A stretch of DNA of 64,000 bases from Thermodesulfobacteriota bacterium. GTDB taxonomy: Bacteria; Desulfobacterota_D; UBA1144; Nemesobacterales; UBA2774. How positions within the stretch are numbered: position 1 is the stretch's first letter; each line of letters begins with the position of its first letter. The notes below the pieces were generated by a model. The model saw nothing but the letters and a program-made list of their open reading frames with translations, was not told the origin of the DNA and did no database searches. Positions 53,695-64,000 of this stretch are shown in pieces. Both the position numbers and the translations under genes were made by a program. Location of the stretch: assembly GCA_965216785.1 (NCBI GenBank), contig OZ244197.1, positions 2,880,001-2,944,000 on the forward strand, written 5' to 3'.

Positions 53695-55154
53695 TCGGGC
53701 CTTAGGTGAGGGAAAAATATTACTTCCCTTATCGAAAGGGAATTCGTCAATAGCATTACAAGGCGGTCGATCCCTATTCCGGCTCCAGCCGCCGGAGGCA
53801 TGCCATGCTCAAGCGCGGTAACATAGTCCTCGTCCATCTGATGCGCCTCCTCGTCGCCCCTTTCTTTTAGTTCCAGCTGTTTTTGAAATCTCTCTTTTTG
53901 ATCTATTGGGTCATTGAGCTCTGAAAAAGCGTTTGCCATCTCGCGGCCCGCTATATATAGCTCGAACCGGTCAGTAATTTTAGGGTTCTCCTCGTTTTTT
54001 CGCGCCAACGGAGATACATCGAGAGGAAAGCCATAGACAAATGTAGGATCCATAAGATGATCACCGATAAGGGCTTCAAAAATTTCAGTTACAGCTTTCC
54101 CCCATACACCGTGATGCTCAAGACCCATAGAATCGGCCTTGGCAAATATTTTCGCTTCGTCGCTCAGTACTTCATCCCCCAGCTTTTCCCTAAGCGACTC
54201 AAGAATATTTATCCTCTTCCACGGACGAGCCATATCAATGCTCAAGTCTCCGTATTCAAACTTCAGTGAGCCTTTAATCTCTTCTGCAAGATAGCATAAA
54301 AGCTCTTCGATAAGCTCCATCAGATCTTCGTAAGTAGCATACGCTTCATATAATTCCATTATGGTAAATTCAGGGTTGTGCTGGGTCGATATACCCTCGT
54401 TCCTAAAGGTCCTTCCGATCTCGTAGACCCTCTCGATTCCACCTACGACCAACCTCTTTAAGAACAGCTCGGGGGCTATCCTTAGAAAAAGGTCCATGCT
54501 TAGAGCGTTGTGGAAAGTTTCAAAAGGTTTCGCAGCGGCACCGCCCGCTATTTGATTAAGTATAGGTGTTTCTACCTCTACATAATCCTTATTGTCCATG
54601 AACTCCCTGATTAGCTTTAGCACCCTGCTTCTGGTCAGAAAGATTTCCTTCACTTCGGGATTGGATATTAGATCCAGGTAGCGCTGTCGGTATCTGAGCT
54701 CAACGTCTTTAAGACCGTGCCACTTTTCAGGAAGCGGATGCAGGGATTTCGTGAGAAGGGAAAACTCGCTAACGTTAACAGTAAGCTCCCCTGTTCTGGT
54801 TTTAAATAGAGTGCCTTTTATGCCTACTATGTCGCCCAGATCTACGTACTTCTTAAAGAACTTAAGCTCATCTTCGCCTATAACATCTTTTTTTACATAA
54901 CCCTGAATACGGCCGGTTCTGTCGGAAATATGCATGAAGAGACTTTTTCCAAAATCCCTCACAGCCACGACTCTCCCGGCTAGAGAGAATACATCTTCTA
55001 AGCTTGAGAGCTCTTCCTCGCTCATCTCACCGTAACAGGATATAAGTTCCCTGGCTACGTGCGCTGGTTTAAAATTATTGGCGAAAGGGTTAACGCCTTG
55101 AGACCTAAGCTCATCAAGCTTATCCTTTCGTTGCTCAAATTGTTCGTTTTCCAT
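53691..55154 (-). CDS. lysS: Lysine--tRNA ligase (class II)
   Basis: [34 protein letters not shown]. Confidence 0.98.
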   Translation of the reverse strand: MENEQFEQRKDKLDELRSQGVNPFANNFKPAHVARELISCYGEMSEEELSSLEDVFSLAGRVVAVRDFGKSLFMHISDRTGRIQGYVKKDVIGEDELKFFKKYVDLGDIVGIKGTLFKTRTGELTVNVSEFSLLTKSLHPLPEKWHGLKDVELRYRQRYLDLISNPEVKEIFLTRSRVLKLIREFMDNKDYVEVETPILNQIAGGAAAKPFETFHNALSMDLFLRIAPELFLKRLVVGGIERVYEIGRTFRNEGISTQHNPEFTIMELYEAYATYEDLMELIEELLCYLAEEIKGSLKFEYGDLSIDMARPWKRINILESLREKLGDEVLSDEAKIFAKADSMGLEHHGVWGKAVTEIFEALIGDHLMDPTFVYGFPLDVSPLARKNEENPKITDRFELYIAGREMANAFSELNDPIDQKERFQKQLELKERGDEEAHQMDEDYVTALEHGMPPAAGAGIGIDRLVMLLTNSLSIREVIFFPHLRPE

Positions 55155-55256
55155 TGTGAAGAATAAGGTTCTAACTCAAAATGACTACAGCGTCAAGAAA
55201 AAATGCATATTGAATAACATTTATGTATTAGGAATCCCGAGCGAGCGGCTTTTGAG

Positions 55257-55670
55257 TTAAAGTTTTCTATTTTCGTCAAGAATAATATACGTTGCTATAG
55301 CCTTTGCAACAAGTTTATTTTCATTAAATACTTCAACGTCTATAGGAATGATCCGTCCGCCCTTTAGAACACGGGCTTTGGCCTCAACTATACCCTCTTT
55401 GACAGGGGCAAGAAAATTAATTTTCATCTCTACCGTAACGAACTGCTTTGTACGCTCTGTAGTGCCGGCAAGGGCGTATGCGGCCGCGGCGTCGGCAATA
55501 GTAAATAATGAGCCTCCGTGGAGTACTCCGTAGGGCTGCTCCAGCTTTTCATGATAGGGCATTGTAAGAGTCGCGCGTCCGTTTTCGGCGAGATCTGTGA
55601 CCTCAATTCCCATTTTCTCGCAAAACGGAGGCATCTTAAACGGCAAGTCCAAGTTGTTATTATTACCCAT
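55257..55670 (-). CDS. PaaI family hotdog thioesterase
   Basis: GVLHGGSLFTIAD, TVEMKINFLAP. Confidence 0.88.
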   Translation of the reverse strand: MGNNNNLDLPFKMPPFCEKMGIEVTDLAENGRATLTMPYHEKLEQPYGVLHGGSLFTIADAAAAYALAGTTERTKQFVTVEMKINFLAPVKEGIVEAKARVLKGGRIIPIDVEVFNENKLVAKAIATYIILDENRKL

Positions 55671-55773
55671 ATGCGTTTTCTCCAGGCATCTATTATTTCT
55701 AAAATTTTACTCTAATTCCACGTTTTAAGACTATTGAATAATCCCGACTCCATAAACCATAGTCCCATAGCTA

Positions 55774-56961
55774 TTATCTTCCTCTGCCAATTAATGAGAA
55801 TACTATGGAACCCAGCAAACAAACTACCCCGCATGCCGCGAACATCAAATTAAAACCCCAAAGCTCTGCAACGACTCCGTATATGAATACCCCGAGCATG
55901 CCGCCGAACGTAAATGAAACGCTGCATATTGAAACGGCCTTACCCCTGTCCGCTTCTTGAGATAGATAAATGATTAGCGCATAAATCGCGGGATAAAAAA
56001 TACCCTGACCGAGCCCAAAGAAAACTCCTGACAATACCAGACTATATGCACCTGAGGCGAAGCTGAGGCTCAGTATGCTCAGTGAAAATAGAAGAAGCGC
56101 CGGTATCGAGACTTTTTTGTAACCGTATTTATCTGGCATCCAGCCACCGAATACTCGGACCACAATAACCGCGCCTGTGTATGCAAGAAAAAATAGCTCA
56201 AACGCCTCAACTTTTATCCGTGGGGCAAAAACCGGTATAAATGATATAACAGTTACAAATCCGCTTCCTGATATCATCAGCACTAAAGCCGCCTGGATAA
56301 CCCCGGTTCTCGTAAGAGCTTTAACAAAGCTTCCTCTTTTCTCATAGTGCTCTTTAAGAATCCCGGGCTCTCTAACAAAAACAGCCATTAGGAAAGCCAG
56401 AAGCCCAAACGCTCCATCGAACATAAAGAAGGTCTCAAATCCGTAACTCTCTAAAACTACCTTTCCCACGAGAGGGGCCAGAGCAAAATTCAAAATGCTG
56501 AACATTCCGAAAATACCCATAGCCTGTGATCTTCTTCTTGGAGTGGATACGTCCGCCACAAGAGTCCCTGCAGAAACAAAACAAAGGGATAGAGCGGCGC
56601 CCTGCAGGATTCTCAGTATTGGGAAGAGAAAACTTAAGGTATCAAGATATGCAAAAGGAATGGTTGTCATAGCCATCAACAGGCCGCCAAGGGCAAGAAA
56701 CCACTTTTTTCCCCACTTATCTATAAAAATCCCGACAGCGGGAGTTGTGAGTATCGTTGCCATCGCTGCCGCACCCATTATAAAGCCAATTACTGACTCT
56801 GAACCGCCAAGGTCTTCTATACGAATAGGCAGCAGCACAAAGGAATGAAAATTGAAGAAAAAGAAGAAAGAAGAGAGGGTAATTAGAATAAAATCCCTGT
56901 TAAATAGGGGCCTTTCTGAGTCGGTCTCTGTAAATTCCGGAGTGTCTAAGTGTTGAGCCAT
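55774..56961 (-). CDS. MFS transporter
   Basis: About 12 TM helices, motif A GIFIDKWGKK, RILQG. Confidence 0.88.
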   Translation of the reverse strand: MAQHLDTPEFTETDSERPLFNRDFILITLSSFFFFFNFHSFVLLPIRIEDLGGSESVIGFIMGAAAMATILTTPAVGIFIDKWGKKWFLALGGLLMAMTTIPFAYLDTLSFLFPILRILQGAALSLCFVSAGTLVADVSTPRRRSQAMGIFGMFSILNFALAPLVGKVVLESYGFETFFMFDGAFGLLAFLMAVFVREPGILKEHYEKRGSFVKALTRTGVIQAALVLMISGSGFVTVISFIPVFAPRIKVEAFELFFLAYTGAVIVVRVFGGWMPDKYGYKKVSIPALLLFSLSILSLSFASGAYSLVLSGVFFGLGQGIFYPAIYALIIYLSQEADRGKAVSICSVSFTFGGMLGVFIYGVVAELWGFNLMFAACGVVCLLGSIVFSLIGRGR

Positions 56962-57074
56962 TTACACCTTTTGATACAAAATAAACTTACACAACAAAAT
57001 CAAGAAGAAAAGCTGAGAATGAGACGTTATACTAAATATTCAGGTAAATACGCATTTAGGGAGAGAAGAAAAGA

Positions 57075-57554
57075 ATGATAAAAAACAGCTTAATTATAGT
57101 GCTTGCGCTTCTATTGGCAGCTTCCTCCTACCTTTTATATGAGAACAAAAATATCTCAATCTCTATAGATAACTCAGAACCTCCGGTCCCTGAGAAAGCA
57201 CCTGAGTATGAGGAATTTTACGAAAAGGAGGTCCTTGGCACACTCTCTTCAGAGGCGCCTGGCGATACGGACATAAAAGAAGATCCTGAATCACTGGATG
57301 CAGAAAATATCGAGCCCTATCTTGATCCTACCGTAAGGCTAACTATTAATGAAAACCGCGAGATAGTCACGGACTACAAGATAATAGGACCAAGAAAATT
57401 CGCTCTACTTACAGAGGATGATGAGCCTATGGTAGAGATAAACCTTGACACTGGTGAAGTTAAGATAAACCCGGATTACACACTTGATGAAGCGTCCGCC
57501 GAGTTCTGGAAAACCATCGGCAGAAAATACCCTGAAGTCTGTTTTGTGGAATAG
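57075..57554 (+). CDS. Hypothetical membrane-anchored/exported acidic protein
   Basis: N-terminal hydrophobic helix, SD GGGAG upstream, fills the intergenic gap. Confidence 0.6.
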   Translation: MIKNSLIIVLALLLAASSYLLYENKNISISIDNSEPPVPEKAPEYEEFYEKEVLGTLSSEAPGDTDIKEDPESLDAENIEPYLDPTVRLTINENREIVTDYKIIGPRKFALLTEDDEPMVEINLDTGEVKINPDYTLDEASAEFWKTIGRKYPEVCFVE

Positions 57555-57584
57555 TACTTAATAGAAGTTGAACAAGAAGCTTAG

Positions 57585-58868
57585 CTAAGCGGAATATACA
57601 ACCTTGCCGTTTACAATCGTGTAGTTTATTTCTCCCTTTAGCTCCCAGCCGTGAAAAGGGGTGTTTTTACCTTTTGAGTGAAAGCTCTCGCGGTCGATTG
57701 TGACTTTTTTCTTAGGATCGAAAATCACAACGTCCGCCGGCGCGCCCTTTTTCAGCGTTCCCCTATTTAGGTTCAGGATTTCCGAGGGTACGTCTGTAAG
57801 CTTGCTGACCATTTGATTTAATGTGAGAACCTTATCGTCAACAAGTTTGAGCGACAGGGGAAGAGCAGTCTCAAGACCGACTATTCCAAACGGCGCCAGG
57901 TTGAATTCAACCTTCTTCTCATCCTCACTGTGGGGCGCGTGGTCGGTTGCGATAACGTCAATTGTTCCGTCTTTAAGACCTTCTCTGCAGGCCTTCATAT
58001 CCGCTTTACCCCTTAAAGGCGGATTCATTTTCGCATTCGTATCGTAACGGTCAACCGCCTCATCCGTAAGAGTAAAGTGGTGCGGAGTGACTTCAGCTGT
58101 TACGCGTACGCCTCTTTTTTTTGCTGCCCTTATAAGCCTTACAGAGGCCTCTGAAGAAACGTGGCAAATGTGCAAATGGGCACCGGTAAGCTCGGCTACG
58201 TTTATATCGCGGGAAACCATAACGTCTTCTGAAGCACAGGGGATACCTTCGAGTCCCAGGCGCGTTGACATCTCGCCTTCGTTCATGACACCGTTCCCGG
58301 ATAGGTTCTTATCTTCGGCGTGTGATATGACAGGTATATCGAAAGCCTTTACGTACTCCATGGCGTGGCGCATGACTTTAGAATTCATAACAGGCATACC
58401 GTCATCCGATACCCCTACGCAGCCTGCCTCATACATCTCTCCGATCTGCGCAAGGCTCTCACCCTTTTCTCCCTTTGTTATAGCGCCTATCGGAAATACA
58501 TTCACTATGCCCTCTGTCCTTGCTTTAAGAAGTATGTACTCTGTCACAGAAGCGTTATCGTTTACGGGATTGGTGTTGGGCATACAAACTATGGTCGTAA
58601 ATCCCCCCGCGGCAGCCGACTCACACCCGGTTTTGATAGTCTCTTTATGCTCAAACCCCGGCTCCCTTAAATGGACGTGAATGTCTACAAACCCTGGGGA
58701 AACTATTTTCCCGCGGGCGTTGATTACCTTAGTTTTCGAACTTTTCTCAAACTTAGCTGTTGATCGGGGAAAAGATTTTATCATCCCGCCTTCAATAAGA
58801 ACGTTTGTTACTCTATCTATATCTTGGGAAGGGTCGATTACCCGTCCACCCTTAATTAATATGCTCAC
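57585..58868 (-). CDS. pyrC: Dihydroorotase
   Basis: [23 protein letters not shown]. Confidence 0.96.
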   Translation of the reverse strand: MSILIKGGRVIDPSQDIDRVTNVLIEGGMIKSFPRSTAKFEKSSKTKVINARGKIVSPGFVDIHVHLREPGFEHKETIKTGCESAAAGGFTTIVCMPNTNPVNDNASVTEYILLKARTEGIVNVFPIGAITKGEKGESLAQIGEMYEAGCVGVSDDGMPVMNSKVMRHAMEYVKAFDIPVISHAEDKNLSGNGVMNEGEMSTRLGLEGIPCASEDVMVSRDINVAELTGAHLHICHVSSEASVRLIRAAKKRGVRVTAEVTPHHFTLTDEAVDRYDTNAKMNPPLRGKADMKACREGLKDGTIDVIATDHAPHSEDEKKVEFNLAPFGIVGLETALPLSLKLVDDKVLTLNQMVSKLTDVPSEILNLNRGTLKKGAPADVVIFDPKKKVTIDRESFHSKGKNTPFHGWELKGEINYTIVNGKVVYSA

Positions 58869-59794
58869 GAATTTCCCCCTCCGGATACAACAAGGTAAAA
58901 CATAGCCATTCTGACCGCGATTCCGTTAGATACCTGATCGAGTATTACAGAGCCCGCGTCGTCAGCGATGTCGGATGAAAGCTCAATCCCCCTATTGATA
59001 GGTCCCGGGTGCATTACTACTACGTCTTTTGCGGCGAACTCAAGTTTTTCTCTTTTTAGCCCGTAAAATCTAGCGTATTCCCTGAGTGATGGGAAGAACT
59101 CAGAATCCTGGCGCTCCATCTGTATCCTAAGCATTATTACAACGTCGACCCCTTTTACCGCTTCCTCTAGATTATAGTATGTTTTGACATTTATATTCTC
59201 AATATAAGGAGGGATAAGGGTCGGTGGGCCGGCTACTCTGACTTCGGCCCCGAGTTTAAGGAGTCCCCAGATATTTGAGCGCGCCACACGGCTGTGGAGT
59301 ATATCTCCGACTACTAGGACTTTGAGCCCCTTTATACTCCCCTTAATCTCCCTTATGGTGAATAGATCGAGCAGAGCCTGGCTCGGGTGCTCGTGCGAGC
59401 CGTCGCCGGCGTTAATGATCGATGAGTCAAGCTCTTTGGCTAATAGCCAAGGAGCACCTGACATGGGGTGTCTAATGACTATCACACCCGCTCCCATCGC
59501 TTCCAGGTTCCGGGCTGTATCGAGCAGGGTCTCCCCCTTAGAAACGCTGCTGTGAGAAAGGGTGAAATTGAGCACATCGGCGCTCAGGCGCTTCTCGGCA
59601 ATCTCAAATGAAGAGCGAGTCCTCGTGCTTGGCTCGTAAAATAAATTACAAACGGTAACCCCGCGGAGCGCGGGAACTTTTTTTACGTCACGCTCAGACA
59701 CCTCTTTCATTGAAACTGCTGTGTCGAGAATAAGTGTTATTTCCTCGGCTGAGAGCTCTTCGAGCCCCAAGATGTGTCTGCGGTTAAAATCCAT
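58865..59794 (-). CDS. pyrB: Aspartate carbamoyltransferase catalytic subunit
   Basis: [22 protein letters not shown]. Confidence 0.97.
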   Translation of the reverse strand: MDFNRRHILGLEELSAEEITLILDTAVSMKEVSERDVKKVPALRGVTVCNLFYEPSTRTRSSFEIAEKRLSADVLNFTLSHSSVSKGETLLDTARNLEAMGAGVIVIRHPMSGAPWLLAKELDSSIINAGDGSHEHPSQALLDLFTIREIKGSIKGLKVLVVGDILHSRVARSNIWGLLKLGAEVRVAGPPTLIPPYIENINVKTYYNLEEAVKGVDVVIMLRIQMERQDSEFFPSLREYARFYGLKREKLEFAAKDVVVMHPGPINRGIELSSDIADDAGSVILDQVSNGIAVRMAMFYLVVSGGGNS

Positions 59795-59796
59795 TT

Positions 59797-60339
59797 CTAA
59801 CCCCGCTGTACCGTAACTTCATCATTCCCATCATTTTCCTTAAGATGTACTCTTACTTTTTCTTTGCTCAGTGTGTCTATTGTACACCCTGCATAATCAG
59901 GCTGTATCGGCAGCTCTCTGTGCCCCCGGTCAACCAAAACCGCTAGCTGAATAGAGGCGGGTCTGCCGAAGTCCATTATTTCCTCAAGTGCCGCCCTAGT
60001 TGTACGGCCAGTGTATATTACATCGTCGACCAGTATAACTACCTTATCTTCTACAGAAAATTTTATCTCGGTTTTCTTTACCTTTGGCCATTCGGTCTTG
60101 CGCCTGAGGTCGTCTCTGTATAGCGTTATATCGAGCGTTCCCAGAGGAGGCTCGACTCCTTCAAGCTTTTTGATCAGCTTTAATATCCTCTCTGCGAGAT
60201 ACACGCCCCTTGTTCTAACGCCGATTATAACCAATTCTGAGGCGCCCTTATTTCTTTCAAGTATTTCGTTTACAATACGCGACACCGTACGTTTAATGGC
60301 GCGCTGATCCATGACTACTCTGTCTTTTTTCTTATTCAT
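59797..60339 (-). CDS. pyrR: PyrR regulator / uracil phosphoribosyltransferase
   Basis: [29 protein letters not shown]. Confidence 0.95.
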   Translation of the reverse strand: MNKKKDRVVMDQRAIKRTVSRIVNEILERNKGASELVIIGVRTRGVYLAERILKLIKKLEGVEPPLGTLDITLYRDDLRRKTEWPKVKKTEIKFSVEDKVVILVDDVIYTGRTTRAALEEIMDFGRPASIQLAVLVDRGHRELPIQPDYAGCTIDTLSKEKVRVHLKENDGNDEVTVQRG

Positions 60340-60342
60340 GAT

Positions 60343-60696
60343 CTAGTGGTACACGCTTTTCAGCACTCCCTCGCACTGGTACTCAAACTCAAAATCCTTC
60401 ACGTAATAATCCTCAAAGTTTGCCCTATCGTGATAATAAATCGATATGTAAATGGCGTCTTTCCCCTTTGTTATACCGAACTGTCTCTTATCGGGCGGTA
60501 TACCCATATCTTCAAGTGATTCCGCAATGTTAGTAGTAATATACCCTTGTCCATACTTATGATATATATCGGCATTTTCCTGACAGACGGCTCGTATGCC
60601 TACTATGCCTCTATAGTATATGGGAACTACCTTAAAACCTACGTAAAAAATTATTACAAGGATCAGTAACCAGAATATAGAAGACCAGCTATTCAT
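60343..60696 (-). CDS. Small membrane protein, DUF4845-like
   Basis: N-terminal TM ending GFKVVPIY; sits directly downstream of lepB, as DUF4845 genes do. Confidence 0.55.
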   Translation of the reverse strand: MNSWSSIFWLLILVIIFYVGFKVVPIYYRGIVGIRAVCQENADIYHKYGQGYITTNIAESLEDMGIPPDKRQFGITKGKDAIYISIYYHDRANFEDYYVKDFEFEYQCEGVLKSVYH

Positions 60697-60729
60697 AAAG
60701 CTAACCCTCCCGTTGCTATCACCGGCAGT

Positions 60730-61665
60730 TTAATCAATACCGGATAGTATCCTCTCCCACCTTACCTTATCCGCAAAACTGGGGTTATCAAAATCCCAGG
60801 ACCAGTGTATAACGAAAGCCTTTCCGGCAATATTCTCTATCGGCACAAACCCCCAATACCTTGAGTCCTGGCTGTTATCTCTGTTGTCGCCCATAACAAA
60901 AACATTTCCTTCCGGCACGTTAGTTACGGGTATGTAATTTCCTGTATTAGTGTTTTCCTTACCTTTGCGGAAAATCACCTTGTGGTCATCACCGTAAAGG
61001 TCTTCGTCATATTCGTCAAAAGCCTCGCCGTTTCGCGCGTCCTCATAAGTACCTACAAACTGCATAGGAACCTCTTGATCATTTATTAATAGTGAGCGGC
61101 CTTCAATATCTATTTGATCCCCGGGGAGTCCGACTACGCGTTTAATATAATATACACCTTTTTTCGATGGGTCTCTTTCAGAGTTAGGGTAAGTGAAAAC
61201 TATTACGTCTCCGCGCTCAATATCTTTTAATGGGAACACGACTTTATCGGTAAAAGGTATTTTCGTTCCGTATATAAATTTATTCACGAGCAGGTGATCC
61301 CCAACCAACAGGGTCGGGATCATTGAGCCCGAAGGTATCTTAAAAGGCTGAAAAACGAAAGTTCTTATAAGAAGAGCCAAAACGACTGCAAATACAAGCG
61401 CTTCAATATTCTGACGGAGCTTTGACTTCGTATACTTTGAGAGGTAATCGTGAGATGCGCCTTCAAGCGCGTCGGTCTCTATTAATATCTCTTTTGTGCT
61501 GCCCTCTGCGAGCGCTGCCTCGAGACTACCGATTCTCTGTTTAATAAGCGCCGCCGAGCCCGGATTTATTCTCGAAATATTCTTTTCTAAAACGGATTTT
61601 GTTTGAGAAAGTATCTGATTTGCTTTCTTTCTGACTTTCGCTTCTTTTGACCAAAAATTGAGCAT
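60730..61665 (-). CDS. lepB: Signal peptidase I
   Basis: IPSGSMIPTL, YIKRVVGLPGD, GDNRDNSQDSR. Confidence 0.96.
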   Translation of the reverse strand: MLNFWSKEAKVRKKANQILSQTKSVLEKNISRINPGSAALIKQRIGSLEAALAEGSTKEILIETDALEGASHDYLSKYTKSKLRQNIEALVFAVVLALLIRTFVFQPFKIPSGSMIPTLLVGDHLLVNKFIYGTKIPFTDKVVFPLKDIERGDVIVFTYPNSERDPSKKGVYYIKRVVGLPGDQIDIEGRSLLINDQEVPMQFVGTYEDARNGEAFDEYDEDLYGDDHKVIFRKGKENTNTGNYIPVTNVPEGNVFVMGDNRDNSQDSRYWGFVPIENIAGKAFVIHWSWDFDNPSFADKVRWERILSGID

Positions 61666-61677
61666 AATTGAGGTTTG

Positions 61678-61706
61678 AGTATATATGGTGAATTAATCCG
61701 TTTCAA
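61678..61706 (-). promoter_or_regulatory. sigma-70 promoter of lepB
   Basis: TTGAAA-N17-TATACT, 12 nt before the ATG. Confidence 0.5.
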
Positions 61707-61766
61707 TACGAGGTCGCCAAGTAATATAAAACAAGTACACAAAACGACCCGGGAGCTAATCGAGAG

Positions 61767-63929
61767 TTAAACCCTCTCCCTCTCGTTTGAGCGCTCAACG
61801 GATTTTACACCTTTTACCTGTTTAATAGATTTCATGACATTTTCAAGCTGCGAGAGGTTCGAGATGATAACATCAAAGTTGCCCATGGCGCTTTCCACGT
61901 CGTCCGCATGCATTTCCGCTTTGGCGATATTAACGTCACATGCAGATATTGAGCTAGAGATATCGGAAAGCACGCCGGGGCGGTCTGAGCACATAACTAT
62001 TAATCTCACCGGTCTTAGCCCCTCGAAATTTTTATCCCATTCAACATCAATTCTCCTGGCGCTATCGACCTCGTGCAAGATAGGACAATCGTCTTTATGT
62101 ATAGTGATACCTTTACCCCTCGTTATATAACCTATAATATCCTCCCCTGGAAGAGGTGAGCAGCAGTTGGCAAAGCGTATCATCACGTCGTCGTATCCCC
62201 TCACCAGTATGCCGCTGTCAGAGGAGCGTGTAATGGTCTTTATTATCTTCTCGATACGCGATTCCTTTTCGGGAGGCGTTTCCATTTTATCGCTCGGCAG
62301 AATGCGTTTTAACAGATCGTTCGCCGACATCTTACCAAACCCAACGGCAAGGTAGAGATCCTTCACATCTTTAATCTTCAGCTCTGAGAGCGGTTTTTGA
62401 AGCTCGCCCTTTTTAAGGAGTTTATTAAAATCCAGTCCGTGCTGTTTGAATTTTCTTTCACAAATTGACTTACCAACAATCCCGGACTGTGTTCTTTCCT
62501 CGTTTCGGAGCCAGTTTCGTATTTTTGTTTTAGCGTTTGAGGTTACTACGAATTTAAGCCAGTCTCGGCTCGGATGACGGTCCTTGGCGGTTACAATTTC
62601 TATGGTATCGCCTGTCTTTAACTGGTGGTTGAGCGGCACGAGCTTGCCGTTTACCATAGCCCCCGTGCAAGTGTTGCCAACTTCCGTATGCACCGAGTAA
62701 GCAAAATCGATCGGAGTTGCCCCCGTAGGAAGCTCTCTCAGATCGCCCTTGGGTGTAAACACATATAGAACGTTTGTTATCAGCTCTCCTTTTATTGCCT
62801 CCATGTATTCTGTGGGGTCCTGAATATCCTTCCACTCTAGCAGCTGACGGAGTGTGGAATAGACCTCATAGGTACCTCCACCCTCGAGCTTGCCCTCTTT
62901 GTAAGTCCAGTGGGATGCTACTCCGTGCTCCGCTATTTCATGCATGGCGCGCGTACGTATTTGTATCTCCATTCTCTCGCCGAACGGACCGATCACAGTA
63001 GTATGAAGCGACTGGTAGCCGTTCCCCTTGGGAAGAGCTATATAGTCCTTAAAACGCCCCGGCACAGGCTTCCATGAGGAATGCACCGCACCTAGAGCTT
63101 CATAGCATTCTTTAAGAGAGCTAGTGATAATCCTAAACGCTATAACGTCGTATACGTTCTCGAATTCCAGGTTCTGAGCCTGCATCTTGCTGTATATACC
63201 GTGTATATGCTTGAATCTTCCCGTGACCTCTGAGCTTATATCAAATTCCATAAGCTTACTTTCAATAATCTTTTTTATGTCGTCTACATGCTTTTCCCAC
63301 TCGGATTTGCGCTCCGTAATCAGTTTTGACAGTCTCTCGTATTCCTCACGGTTTATATAGCTGAAAGCTAAATCTTCCAGATCGTTCGTGACCCAGTTTA
63401 TCCCCAGCCGGTGAGAGAGCGGAGCATATATATCCATAGTCTCTTTCGCTATTCTCTTCTGCCGTTCTTCTGAAAGGTGCTCGAGTGTGCGCATATTGTG
63501 GAGTCTGTCCGCAAGCTTTATAAGCACCACTCTAATATCCTTTGCTGTGGCCAGGATAAGCTTTCTGAAACTCTCCGCCTGACGCTCTTTTTTGGATGAG
63601 TAAGGAAGCTGACTAATCTTTGTAACACCGTCCACTAGATACGCAATCTCTTTTCCGAATATAGACTCGATCTCCTCAGTGGTCGCGAGCGTATCCTCCA
63701 CTGTGTCGTGCAAAAGCCCGGTGATAATAGATGAGAGATCAAGCTTCATATCTGAGATAATTCCGCTAACCTCAAGAGGGTGGCTGAGATAAGGCTCTCC
63801 GGAGCTCCGTTTCTGTCCGGAGTGGACTTTTGCAGAGTACACGTATGCCTTTTTAAGAAGCTCCACATCTCCTTCATTTAAAAAGAGATAGGAATTAACT
63901 TTGTCAATTATGTCGTTTAACCTTATCAT
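61767..63929 (-). CDS. spoT: Bifunctional (p)ppGpp synthetase/hydrolase (Rel/SpoT)
   Basis: HD domain (LLHDTVED), RFKD, YQSLHT, TGS, zinc finger and ACT domains. Confidence 0.95.
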   Translation of the reverse strand: MIRLNDIIDKVNSYLFLNEGDVELLKKAYVYSAKVHSGQKRSSGEPYLSHPLEVSGIISDMKLDLSSIITGLLHDTVEDTLATTEEIESIFGKEIAYLVDGVTKISQLPYSSKKERQAESFRKLILATAKDIRVVLIKLADRLHNMRTLEHLSEERQKRIAKETMDIYAPLSHRLGINWVTNDLEDLAFSYINREEYERLSKLITERKSEWEKHVDDIKKIIESKLMEFDISSEVTGRFKHIHGIYSKMQAQNLEFENVYDVIAFRIITSSLKECYEALGAVHSSWKPVPGRFKDYIALPKGNGYQSLHTTVIGPFGERMEIQIRTRAMHEIAEHGVASHWTYKEGKLEGGGTYEVYSTLRQLLEWKDIQDPTEYMEAIKGELITNVLYVFTPKGDLRELPTGATPIDFAYSVHTEVGNTCTGAMVNGKLVPLNHQLKTGDTIEIVTAKDRHPSRDWLKFVVTSNAKTKIRNWLRNEERTQSGIVGKSICERKFKQHGLDFNKLLKKGELQKPLSELKIKDVKDLYLAVGFGKMSANDLLKRILPSDKMETPPEKESRIEKIIKTITRSSDSGILVRGYDDVMIRFANCCSPLPGEDIIGYITRGKGITIHKDDCPILHEVDSARRIDVEWDKNFEGLRPVRLIVMCSDRPGVLSDISSSISACDVNIAKAEMHADDVESAMGNFDVIISNLSQLENVMKSIKQVKGVKSVERSNERERV

Positions 63930-64000
63930 GTCATGCTCTCAAGCCCTTTTTATCATTCCAGGAGGCATATTAATTCTACCTTCTTTTAGACTCTATAATT

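Overview
Bacterial (diderm, deltaproteobacteria-like; my unverified impression is Dadabacteria/Desulfobacterota-related) chromosomal window in two parts. (1) ~1-21.1 kb, left of (3' of) tRNA-Asn, is an anaerobic-respiration / nitrogen-oxide block. It has divergent sigma-54 promoters, a radical SAM/SPASM enzyme and NnrS. A molybdenum-cofactor operon (moeA-moaA-mobBA-moaD-moaE-TSUP-moaCB) is headed by a Moco riboswitch-like RNA. An unusual nitrate-reductase-like system follows: a Tat-signal molybdoenzyme with assimilatory NasA/NarB-type motifs, a lipoprotein diheme cytochrome c, two NapG/NapH-like pairs, a NapF-like ferredoxin, a His/Met-rich membrane polyferredoxin, an uncharacterised exported domain (apparently present once free and once fused to NapH), an Rrf2 regulator and an alginate-export-family outer-membrane barrel. 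No napB, napC or napD is recognisable. (2) ~21.2-64 kb is core housekeeping: rpoH, alaS, rlmN, prsW, purL, purF, valS, the tRNA-tuf-rpmG-secE-nusG-rplKAJL-rpoBC cluster (L10 has a ~120-aa acidic tail), lysS-lolCE-lolD-bamA-skp-fabZ (no lpxD/lpxA), rel-lepB-DUF4845-like-pyrRBC. No CRISPR array, transposase or integrase was seen. All calls come from motif recognition by eye; no database searches were run.
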